Below, one piece after another: positions 41,001 through 53,260 of a stretch of DNA of 64,000 bases. The notes under the pieces were generated by a model. That model saw only the letters and a list, made by a program, of their open reading frames with translations, ran no database searches and was not told where the DNA came from. Position 1 is the first letter of the stretch. Each line of letters starts with the position of its first letter. The position numbers were made by a program, and so were the translations under genes. Origin of the DNA: Strigamia acuminata (taxonomy: Eukaryota); the NCBI GenBank assembly GCA_949358305.1, contig OX442314.1:22692001-22756000 (forward strand), given 5' to 3'.

Positions 41001-41714
41001 AGCACCTAAGATTTGCAGTTCGACCCCCAGTCATGAAACTGCTAACTATTGTCACTTTTATTCTTTTGTTTTTAAGGGTATTTACCTCTTTCTTTAAACG
41101 CCCCTAGAAGATCATGTTTATTCAAAAGCATGTTTAATTTATGAACCTAAATGTTAGTTAAATATGATGAATACCTTAAATTTTAATTTTAATTTTTTCC
41201 CCTTTTTGTACGGCTTTAAAGATTGTATCCATTTCTCGAAATAGCAGCATCAACAGAAGACATATATGTTTCCCATCCTTGGACCTTTTTAAAGATCATA
41301 ATTTTGTTGTTTATTATCTGTTCTCTTAAAACACATCATTTTATAAAATAATACCAAAAAAAAACAATTTTATAAAAATAAAAAAATTCTACTTATGTTC
41401 TGCTCACTTTCAATGATTACAACAAAATAAATGATCATCAATGATTTGTATAGAAACTCATCGATTATAAAGAAAATGATGAAACGCAAGCCTTTGTTAA
41501 TTTGAGTCCAAACACAAAGATTAATTTAACATTCCACGCCGAGACTAAATGAATACTCGAATGCCGAGACACCCCGGCACGATTCACATTGGCTTTATGG
41601 CTGTTCTTTGCGCAATTCCTCTATCCGACAATTAATGATCTAAAAGCTGCATCACCAAGCAAGCTATATTATTAAAAGCCAACGTCTGCTGCCAGGAGAA
41701 AATAATACGACATT

Positions 41715-41757
41715 CTAACCTAACCTAACCTAACCCATCCCAACCCAACCTAACCTA
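41715..41757 (-). repeat. Short imperfect (TTAGG)n tract
   Basis: ctaacctaacctaacctaacccatcccaacccaacctaaccta on the + strand. Confidence 0.7.
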
Positions 41758-41910
41758 TATACAGTAGAGCATCGATTATTCGAATTAATTGGGAGACATA
41801 GGTGTTCATAAAACCGATTTGTTCACATAATCTGACATCAGTACTTACAGTACTGCATATGAATTTTTGGCAGTTATCCTGTTCATAAAACTTTGCACTA
41901 TCTGGTTTAA

Positions 41911-42344
41911 CCCTTCCAACCCTGAGATGGGTCATTTTGTGACCCTGTTTTAAAAAAATCATTATTTTTATAAGAAATAATTTTTTTTTCTCTCTGATTT
42001 TTGCTGACTATTCCTTTGAAACATCACTAGACACTATACCACAGTTGAAACTTTTTTAATTTTTTAAGTTTTTCTATAATTTGAACTCAAAGTTTAACTG
42101 GGTCAAAAAAGACCCATCTTAGGAGTCCAAAGGACATAAATCATGATCATCAGCAGGCTCCGCTAATGTCAACCATTGCCACCAGGTGTCGCGGCGGCCA
42201 TCTTTGTTGTTGTCAAAAACACACGTGTTGGCCAAATTCCTTCGGAAATCTTTAAGACCCGGATTTTGCGCATGCGCAGAATCTGGGTCATATAATGCCC
42301 ATCTTAGGGAGAGATGGGAAGCCAATTCTTTCGGGTTGGAAGGG
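41911..42344. mobile_element. piggyBac-type MITE, 434 bp
   Basis: TTAA|CCCTTCCAACCC ... GGGTTGGAAGGG|TTAA (perfect 12-bp TIR and TTAA TSD); internal GGGTCA..GACCC/CCCATCT subterminal repeats. Confidence 0.92.
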
Positions 42345-44632
42345 TTAAACGTTTTTAAACGAGATAAATTTACACCAATATATTCAAAACTAGAATTAGA
42401 GTATAATTTAGCATTGACAATAAAAGAAAATCCCACAATACAAAAGTGTATTAAATTTAAAAATTAAAAATTGCAAACCAATGTGAATTTTTCGAATAAT
42501 ACTAAAGAGATGAGTAATCCCATTAGCTTCAAATTAAGAGATTTCTTGCCAAAACGTTAAGCTGATTAAGGAAATATAATCCATCAAACATTGGCCATGC
42601 ATCTGACTAATGTTTATTCAGATATCAAGTAAAGGATATCTTACAAGCGATTAATTTTCACTCAGCCCAGGAAGTTGAGGCGGTTGCAAAAAAATAAAAT
42701 CGACACTTTCCAACACCAAAATGTGCTCAGTTACAGTTACACCAAACAAAAAAAACCACCAAAAGCTGTAAAACATTTTCTTTAGAAAGCAAATAATTAT
42801 GTGAAATCATTGCAATTGCTTTAGAAAAAACTAAAAATAAATATAAATCGAATGAATGCTCCCACAAAACCCAACCAAACCATCTTGTTATGCAACTGGC
42901 CAACTGCCAACTGCAAACCAAACTTGTGGCTGACAACCAGCATTTGCTCTCCTTTTATTTTGATACTTTCTGTAATGTAATTGGCAAAGCTCGCCCTTAA
43001 GCACTGCTCTTAAATGATATCAATCTCTCTGTTTTCAATCGTTATTCATACTTTATTTATACCAACTCCTTGTTTATACACTACCAAAAAATAAAAAAAC
43101 CAATTATCATTTATTTCCATATCATATTCCAAACCAACACATTCTTTTTTACCAACAAAAACAACAATTCCAAACCTTTAATTAAACTTATTTACCCCAA
43201 AAAAAAATTTATCCAACTTTATAAAAAATAAAAAAATTCAATTCATTAACCATTTTTTCCTCCGCCGACATTTTTTTTTTTAATTCAGTATTGAACAAAT
43301 GGAAGTTTCCAGCCATCACAAAACGGAATTTTAATTTCAGCAAAAGCAAACAATGGCTTCTCGACACAAAGGTGCAATTTGCCATCAATACTTAGTCATA
43401 AAAATTACCTGCCATTAAGAGACGACCGCATCATCACACAATGCTGCATATTCATACCAAAACTCCCATGAGCCATCATAATAACGAATTCCTTCCCCAC
43501 AACAATAAATAATTGACCCAATAAATTACCTAAACTTCACCGCCATCAAATTGCTTATTGACATACCCAAAATGGCCGACATTTCCCGCACCCCAGCATC
43601 AATTGGCATTAATTACATATCGATTTCGTGCCAGCCAAACTCACATTTTAAAATCCCCACAACAAATCCCACTGCCGACCGTCCACAACAGCACTAAAGA
43701 TTAAAAACTTAATCCCTCAATTAAGACCCACAAGATATCATCTTCCCACAAATTACATTTTTTTATTGCAGTACACAAAAGAAGGCGAGCAGAAAAAAAT
43801 GTCCAACTTTTGGCACACTACTTTTACAGATAATTCTTTCACCTCCGCCTAGTGACAGTTATTGGAAGCTGTGTGTAACGGAAATGCACTAACACCATCT
43901 GCTGCTCGAGTTATATAGGCTCCTTGGTCAGCTGCTGCTGCTAGCAAAATTATTGCTAGCTTTGGGAATGAGCCAAAAATACGCGTTGCAGGCACCTGCA
44001 CTCCTTTAACCCTTTAGTCACACATCAAATAGAACAAATCGAAAAATACTTGGCACACTTCATTGATCAATCGTGTGTATTAACCGAGGAAACTCGAGTC
44101 GACAGCTCGAATTACATACATCACGTCGTACAAGTATCGAGATAAACACAATAGAGAGTTTGCTGCAGTTACCTTTTCCCCTAGAAAAGAAAATCACGCG
44201 ATACTGCCATAAATAGAGAAAAGACTTCGTGCTTAAGAAATCCTGCACTCAAATTAAAATCAACACTGCCAATTTCCAAATTTCACACCAGCTGCGTTCG
44301 ATAAACTCGTTTAGGCTAAACAACATTTTGAATCAGCATTTCCTATGTAAATTTGGTAGTCGTCTGATCTGGTCAGCATAACTCAAGGTTATCTCGATCT
44401 CCGGTCAAAAACAGCGCTTTCAAAATGTTCCATTGAACTTGCAGTTGGATCGAGACGAGCAGTATTTTTTCTTTAAAGTACTAGTTTTTATTAATTAAAT
44501 TGGACAAGCCTATAGTTAACAACATTTATTGCCTAGCTGTAATATAATTACTTTATAAATGCACCTGGTGAGGAACAAAACAAGTTAAATTGCAATTTTT
44601 AACATGCTTTTTGGTTATTTTTTTTTTAAATA

Positions 44633-44853
44633 CCGTATCTTACCAATTAAGAGTTACCCTCGAATTGTAGCTCGAACTGAGACACCAAGAATAGCGTATT
44701 TTTGCAAAAGTACGGTATTGTTTCCGTATTTAACCTCACAAACGATGAACGTACGCTTCGTTCGTGACGTTCAGACTTCGTTCGTTACATTAAACAAATG
44801 TAACAAACGAAAAACCGAGATTGTAATTGCTGAAAAAAATGGCAGTTTTGAAT
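44633..44853 (+). mobile_element. Tc1/mariner-type MITE, family B, partial
   Basis: TA|CCGTATCTTACCAATTAAGAG; reverse complement of 62565-62785. Confidence 0.85.
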
Positions 44854-46377
44854 ACGATTTGAATACAATAAATCGAAGTGTACAATACAATAATTTAAAT
44901 CATTTTACCAAAAGAAATTTTTTTTTAAAACAGAAAAAAAAAAATCTTTTTCTCAAAACAAGACATCGAAATAAATATTACTTTCCCATAACACCTAATA
45001 ACCGAATGATTTATTCTCTCCACGATTCCTTTCCCATAAATACATAGCTACAAAATGTTTTTCTATTTATATATGTAACTTATACATATTACATATAAAT
45101 AATTAAATATACATACATAGTCATAAATGCCAGCTTAAAAGCATTCTGGAGCCAGTAATCAGTACTGTTCATGCACACAACAAGCAGCAAGCAAAGGTTT
45201 TTTCTGGCACCATGCTTAGCAACCATTTAGATAATAATAAGCTAACTTATAAGTCTATTTAAGTCAGTTCAACACTCGTTGCCATGTAATTAACTAACTG
45301 AAAAAAAAAACTTATGGCCACTTCTCTCCACCCATTCCGAGTATTCATCCTATATCAACATAACCCGATACTCGTAATCGACTCACTTTGACAAGCTTAA
45401 AATGCCAGTTCAGTTCAACACTAAATAACTTGTCACTAAACCAAATCAGTTACAAAAAATGCACTTATTTGCAAATTTTACACACAAAACTTGAATTTTT
45501 AGTGTCATAGATGCAACTTTAGGACATATATGACAAATTAATTTAAAAAATCCACTTTTTGAATTAAAAAAAAATTAATTTTAACTTTCGGTTTCCTATG
45601 AATGTGCCTAATTTGTCTTCTGGGTGATCCGCCACTGTTTAATCCGATCAAAAACAACCATTAACCGCCTTTTAACAGACGTCGCAAAAGCCCACCTTCG
45701 AATGCGCATGCGCAGATCTAATTTTCAAAAATGATTGACTTATCCGTTTACTTCAAATTTTTCGGTCCGCATGAAAAATGTAAGCAAAATTGACGGGGGG
45801 GAATGGGGGAAGACGTTATAAATTCACCCTAACTTAATTTCCGAAGCGATCCAATTTCATTTAACCCTTTAAATTCAACCCAAATCGAGTCAAACAATTC
45901 ACTTCCTCTCTCCTATTCCTTTGAGCACTATGCGAAACCATTAAAGGCACGCAATTAAGCGTGGCATTTTCAAAGTGTGATTGACTTTCACACCGTACCG
46001 CATCGTGACTTGATGGAGAGAAGAGAAGAGAAGAGAAGGGGGTCGTGTTGTGTTTGAATTTAGGATAGGGCGCAGTCAATTTCCTTGTCGAAACGAGGTC
46101 TTTTCCGTTATCGCACGCGGCGGATCTTGAGAGGAATGAATGTGCGAACGGGGAGAGTGAGAAATGTTTTAACGTGCCAATTACACCACTGTTTTGTTGC
46201 AATTGCCAGACACTTTCAACTCCATGACGTCAATGCAAACGTCAAACCTTTCAATTTCAAGGCCCTTGCCGTTTGTTTGACGTCATCTCTCCCCTTTGCT
46301 TTCTTATCATGGATCCGATCAATGGAACCTACAAAAACTATCGCACGTTTAAATGTATTTCCGATATTCTCAATATC

Positions 46378-46408
<31 letters not shown>

Positions 46409-49400
46409 GTTTTTTTACATATTCGATTCAACCAAACTTTTATTTGCCAAAACATATAAAAGAAAATCTAGAATTCTAAATTTTTTTTTTATGGGAAAAA
46501 ATCCAATAACAATTGGAATTTCTTGATTATTTCTCCGATTTTGGCCGATTTTGAGGTTTCAATTAGTCTGCCCTTTGATATATACGGGTTAAAAGAGCTT
46601 CCCCGTTGTTTACTAACGAGATGCTCTTATTAGCAGAATTTGTTTGGCCATAGCGCAAAATTACTGGTTCGTATAACGAGAGGCAAAAATATTTAATTAC
46701 ACACTTTTGGTTAAAGGTCTTCTAAACGTTGCTTTCAAATTTCCTCGCAGCACAAACGATTCAGTAAAGCAGGCTCCCAATTGCGCACAAAAATTGAATG
46801 CAGCGAGTTGACAAAGCGCGCAGAAACGAGATTTCTGACCTCAGTTGACCCGTCCTTTTGAGAATTAAAACAAAATCACAAAACTCATTAGTTCATGCTT
46901 TATCTACGTAAATAGCACAACATTTCAACGTCCAACATCATTATTTCTCCAAAATCCTTCAGAAAAAAAAAATAATAAAAACAAAAAAATATAAATAAAT
47001 AAAAAAATTCCATGTCATAAAAACGCAAAATAAATTCGAAACCTGCTCTGTACCATATGTAGTGTATTAAATGTCAATTACTAACATTCATAGTCCTTCC
47101 GCTTCGCAACAAACAGCCACATCAAGACCACTGCCATCTTCACAGCGATGACCAAATTCCTCTCCTTTATATCGTTTAATAATACATATTTATATCTGGT
47201 TATATTACAGTAGAGTAAACAATTTAACCGCGTCATTATCAGAGTCTAGACTCAAAAATCGATCTTTTTTTGTCTAACGTTTCTTTTGTCAACTAAAATT
47301 TTTTCTCCAGGGAGGGAAATAAGAGTGGAAAAAAGGGTTTTTCAGAAGGAAAAAAAAAATTAAGAGGAAAAGAAAGGTGCCTCGTTCTCATTTAGATACA
47401 TATCTAAAGAGAAAAGGGAATTCGACGGGTTGAAAAAAAGACGGAACAAATGAATAAGTTAAATGAAACTCATCTAGTATGTAAAACCGAAAAGAAAAGG
47501 AAAAAGAAAAAGGTTTCATTAATATAAAACTTGTGAGTATTTGTTAAAAACACGTATTGGCACCTCCGTAATGCATAAATAAATAAATAAATAGAAATAA
47601 ATCAACATCAAAGTTGCAATCAATGTATGTCAAGCATACTTTGTGCGTATAGCTTTTGCATTTCATTTGAATGGAATGAGCGCCCTCTCTCGTGCGGATT
47701 TGGTGGCAACTCATCATGGTGCCTCTGTTTACACTACTCGTCCATTAAAGATGGCGTCTAAATGCCAGCTCACAACTTGATGGATGAGGCGAGGTGTCTG
47801 CTGGGGCAAAGCACAGCAAGCGAACGAAATGCAACCGACGAATGAACGAACCAACCAACGAACGTCGAGTGAATGCACGAGCCACGCAGCCAAAATGAGA
47901 AAACTTTGCCACTGGAATTTTACGATTGCCAGGTCGGGACATCATCCAATTTCCTCACCCGGCACGACAAGAAATTGCAGGTACCACCGAAAACCCCGCT
48001 ACAACGAAATATGCCATTAAATCGTCAGGAAAAATGAACTTTTCCCAACGCGCACTCATTTGTGCTCGCATGCACGCATCGAGCCCAGCAGAAGAACGAT
48101 TTTAATCACAATCAAAATTAAACAATTTAATCACATCAGACGTGTGAAACTTGCGACTAAATATGCCAACATATTTCAAATTAATGCACACACGACAAGT
48201 GTGTTGAAATCTAGCGATGCAAATTTCGCAAAATTCCAAAATAACGAAAAAACAAACTTCATTATTATAATGAAATATCACACCAACAGACACGTGTGGC
48301 AACAAGATGGCGACAACCTCGTTTCGATTCAAATGCTGCACAATGTGCAAGCATGTAGTTTTGTTGATACGCGCAATATGCATGCATGTGCACGTGTTAC
48401 GTTGACACGCAATACGCATACACACAGTTTCGTTGTGGAATATCGTTTCAGAATTCTTCAAAACGAGATTCTCATAAAATTTCCTCACTTTTGCACCACC
48501 TATTTTAATTCCCGTCCTAGTTCTAATCAAACTCGCACTCGATTCGAGCGGCGCTGACCACACCAATGTCATACTTCGAATTTAATTCAATCGCGTCTTC
48601 AAAGACGAATCAATTTTCTTTATTGTTGTCAATGTTTTGCGCAAACCGACGCTCGTTCATCCACTTGATTATCTTTTTTAACAGTGCACTCGTGAATGAT
48701 GATAAATCAATAGCACACGGATACCACATAATCTTGGTTTAATCTTATTAAAGATTATTTAGATTAAAAATTCTGTGGGAATAGCTATACATAGACACAA
48801 TCAAAAAATAACGCTCCACATTGATTTAATGCATGAAAATCCAGATTCGAGATCACCTAACCCATACAAACATGCCGGAATAAATTAATCGATTTCTCTT
48901 CGCTATTTCCATAAAATATCCATCCCATAAAACGCAACCGAGTGCCCCAGCATGGCAATATCGGTTAATCGATTTACTATTTTGATTTAACTTACTGATA
49001 TACGTGAACGTGTTAGCCAACGTATTTATTACAAATTAACCAAATTATGACTCCTGAATTATGTGCCATGTTATGTAATACAACGCATTCATTTATCTAC
49101 AGCGTGCCTACACAATCGACATTCTATTAATTATAAATTGTAATGAGATAACACTGGCACACATTCCCAACTGACGATGAGCTCAAATGAATGTTTATTT
49201 TGCGAATTCGATACCGAAATGTGTAATTTTATTAAATTAAATCAATAAATTGGTGACGGTACCCAGAGTCCCCAAGTCACTACTGTTTAAGCTCGTTTAC
49301 TTTGAAAACTTTAGCGTGTAAACTCGGTTTTAATATTTGTGTTCGCACAAAGTAAGCTTAAACCTGTTTACCTCGAGTTCAGAATGTTTAATCGTGGATC

Positions 49401-50079
49401 AAATGGATTAAAGCCCAGAAACCGACATTTTGAACCCGGTCGCATCAATTCTATAACACATCGCTCCGTAAACAAAATCTTCGCGCTATTCAAAAACGAC
49501 TAATCTTCTCCATGCTCTGCTGCTAACAAGATTAAACCCAATGCAATTGACCTTTAATGAAATTATAAAATACTTATTAGCCAAATTTAAAATTTCAAAC
49601 TCGCATGAATTCTTTATTCCACTGGTGCCCTTAACCCCATAACGCTTCACTTACTAAAACGATGAGTGCAACCATCAAATATCATAGTAAAAACCCAAAT
49701 CAATTTTTTTTAGCTCATAAAAGTTTCTTAAATTTTACTACATTTTCCCACATGCAGTAAACCACGTAAAATAAATAAAACATTTGCTTACAGCCCATGT
49801 ACCGTAACCCCAGCAACCCAATCTCAATCTTCATCTCCGCAGAAAACACAAGTTACACCCTAATTCAACCCATCAACCAATTTTTTTTAATGTTCTCTTG
49901 CCACGGATGTCTAGTATGACGAGTGGTAATGACGTAATGACATTGATCCAGGGAATTGAGTTGATAAAGCTCCTTTATTTTAAAGAGAATTATTTAAGAC
50001 GAAAAATAAATAAATAAAATACTTCAATTGAACGTGGGTGTTATATTGACTCAACCAAGATTTCCCAATGACTATAAGC

Positions 50080-50360
50080 TTATTTTAGTGTTCTTGATCA
50101 ATATATAGATTTATTTTAGTCATTTTGTCTGATTTAGACATTTATTTTAGTCGTTTGTTCAATTTAGATAATGAATTCAGTCATTTTGGTTAATTTAAAT
50201 ATTGAATTCAGTCATTTTGGTTAATTTAGACATTGAATTCATTTGTTTTGGTTGATTTAAATATTGAATTCAGTCGTTTTGGTTAATTTAGACATTGAAT
50301 TCGTTCGTTTTAAACATTTTAGACTTTGAATGAGCATCCCACGTTATATTAGAGCATTTA
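50080..50360 (-). mobile_element. Dispersed element with internal 31-bp array (copy 2, about 8 diverged units)
   Basis: Reverse complement reads TAAATGCTCTAATATAACGTGGGATGCTCATT, then five GAATTCAAT-type units, three AAAATAA-type units and GATCAAGAACACTAA. Confidence 0.75.
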
Positions 50361-51795
50361 GGTTAATAAATAAATAAGAGCCAAATTGCAAATAAAATAA
50401 AATATATTTAAATTAATTTCGTTATAGGAAGTAGAGAAAGAATGGAATTGGCAGAATGAGGCGAGGGTTATATGGAACTGGTGGAAAGATTGGAGGGTAA
50501 AGGCAGGGAACGGGCTCGGAGAGCAATTTTGGTGCGCATTTTGTGCGTGATTGAATCTTTGTTAAATGGCTTGCAACTTGAGATATGGGGCTAATTCCAC
50601 TTAGACGGCAAATGAACAAAATATTCACTCGCCACACTTTTAAAGCCAGACCAAATACGTATTGAGAATGGGGAAAAAATAAAAACACTATAAAACGTTA
50701 CACTGGCGCACGATTCCCCTATCAAACAAATTGTTTCTTTATACTCCACGACCCCACCCTTCAGTGTAAGATCACTAAGGCAACTATAAACAAATGAGTC
50801 AGGCGGTGAGTCACAGGTAAAACTCCAATCAATTATTATCCTCGGATCACGAAATGCTCATTTTTTATCAATTAGAAAGCATAAGCAATTAATAACCTTT
50901 ACCCACTTACTTTGTCACTATCATCCTTTTTTATTGTCTGTGTATTATGCAAGTTTGCGGCTCATTTGTGCTCAATGGGAAGGCGTATAAAGTTGGGGGT
51001 GAATGTGACTAGGCACTTCTGAGAAGGGAAATTATTTTCCCTGGATATAACCAAGATTGGAACATTAAAGAAATGGAAGTTTAGAGAGTAAAACTTTCCA
51101 AGAAAAGAAAATCAACATTTATAACACCAAATTCAAGTTGAAATACTCTGGTGCATTTCAAAATCTTACATTAACTTGTAAGTGTTTTAGTCGTTTTAGT
51201 CGTTTCGTGTTGAAAAAAACCCTTCATGCTGGTCTATGGAGGTTTGTGAAACCGTCTGTCTAACCTATGCCTTCAACAGGAGTTTTGGAATGCACTAGGT
51301 TGATGCCAAACTCAAACTGAAAAATCCCCATTACATTTAAACAACAAAACATATTACACATGCCTTTTTGAATGCGCCTACTATTTACTTGTGTGCAATA
51401 ACAATTTTAGACTTTTATGTTTCCCCGTGCAAAAAAAGTGTTTGAATTTGACATCAAGATACCGAAACTGACATTTCTGGGGTCCCACCTGTATCCAGGC
51501 CTCACAGATTACACTGTAAATTGCATCATTGACGCAAAATGGCTGCAGGATACGACTTTTTTAAGCCATCGCTTCCAAACGTTGCTTAGGTGACCACCAG
51601 ATCGCGCCGCACTTCTCGGACCCGAAATATTCAGCCAGTTTGCACTTGCAGCCACTACACAATTAATACAAGACGTGTAAATTGATTGTATGTGTTTTAA
51701 TTGTGTCAAACTGCATTTCAGTTGTATCAAGTCCCCAATAAATTTAGCCTAAATCTGATTATTTATCTCAAACAAAGCTATTGACATCTGAAGTC

Positions 51796-52029
51796 TAGGC
51801 CTGTGCAAATTTGCGATTAATTTTATTTTCACACTTTTTATTTAAACTTGATTTTAAATAATTTTTTCTTTTAGACATTGCAAATTAGTTTCCTTCGCAA
51901 TACATTGCGATATTGCGATATCATGCAATATAGCGATTACACCGCTAGTTCTAAGCGATATATCGCAAAAATATCGCCAAACTGCAGTATCGCATTCGCA
52001 TTCGCTTCAAAGAGTAATCGCACAGGCAT
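51796..52029. mobile_element. hAT-like MITE
   Basis: Termini TAGGCCTGTGC / GCACAGGCAT with many GCGATA/TATCGC subterminal repeats; TSD not clear. Confidence 0.55.
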
Positions 52030-53096
52030 CTTCAGTGAGAGTGAAAAAAGTGAGCAGAAAGAAACCACAAACTTCCTGATTGCCAGTCAGGTGCACAGAC
52101 CACTCTTCTATCCAGGACTCCACTAAATCACACAAAGCAAGCTCCCAACAGCCACAGACATAATGACATGCAAACCTTCACCCTAAGTGAAGTCATGTCA
52201 GTTCAATGGTCTGTATCCGGACTGCTCGCCATTTCCACCATTCTATAGATTGATAGATGTCAATCACAACATGTTGGAAAGCCGGGCTAACCAATTTTAA
52301 TTAATTCCTGATTTATTTCCTCATTTGTTCCATTTCAGCAATTACTCCCATCAATTTCCACTTTGTACTATTCAACTTACAAATTCTCCAAGAATCACCT
52401 TAGATGAGGTAGGAAACGTCACGTGTCCTCTTGAATGAGTTATTGCCTATCGTTTGCAGTAGTCAAGAATTTAATTATTTCTTGCATTCATAATTTGCAA
52501 AAAGAAAAAGAAAAATGGTCAAAAACAATTAAGTTTTCTGACAAATGATGTTCCATAAAAGCCAGTGAAGACGTAGCATTCCCGCACAGTAGAACATTTG
52601 CTACTTCTACAAAACGAAAGCATAATTGCCATAGTACCGCGAAGAAAGAAACACCAAAATCTAATAAAGAATTATTTCTACAGCAGCCAGTAGCGTGCCC
52701 AGAAAATTCCAATTAGGAGGTTGGAGACATGGTGGATTGTCAGGCGTCCTGTTAATCATTTAAAGCATTCACGAAAGCCATCACCACATTTTTTCTTAAC
52801 TCATTTAAGATGTTCTTCTGCCGCATAGAAGAGTTTGCACAATTGCAGCTCTACAGGTTTGTTTACAGACAAGCATCCAGAGATTTCGCATAGAATTCTC
52901 GATATCATGCTCACAAACCTGCGAATACTTCTGAAAACCCCTTGTGTTTGCATGGCACCTCGGCATAGTAAAGTAAAGAGTAAACAAAATTGTGACCCCC
53001 AACGTACTACAGTCACAACTCTTTATAACGAATCGCAAGAAACCCAAAAAATTGGTTCGTAATTTGCTCTGCTTTTAAATCGAGGCTGTACTTGAA

Positions 53097-53260
53097 GATT
53101 CCACGAAATTTATTTCCACGGAGTCTATTTCTACGGAATTTACTTCCACAAAATTTACTTCCACGGAATTTATTTCCACAGGATTTTTTTTTTCAGGGAT
53201 TTATTTCCACGCGATTTATTTCCATGGGATTCTACAAGATTCCATGAGATTTTCACAGGA
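53097..53260 (+). repeat. 15-bp subrepeat tract (TTTATTTCCACGGAA), probably a transposon arm
   Basis: About seven ATTTA(T/C)TTCCAC units; the tract begins GATTCCACGA, identical to one terminus of the 60674-61651 element. Confidence 0.6.

Noticed and set aside
44060..44248. YRVIFF in a minus-strand ORF as the next AGBL4 exon (RVIFNIVNFSK)
   Set aside because: Similarity stops after four residues and there is no AG acceptor directly before the Arg codon.
44604..45047. 147-aa ORF and the similar 62650-62847 ORF
   Set aside because: Their shared peptide comes from translating non-coding family B MITE sequence.
48060..48572. Overlapping 165-aa (+) and 156-aa (-) ORFs, the longest in the track
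   Set aside because: No domain motifs or recognisable homology; consistent with chance ORFs.
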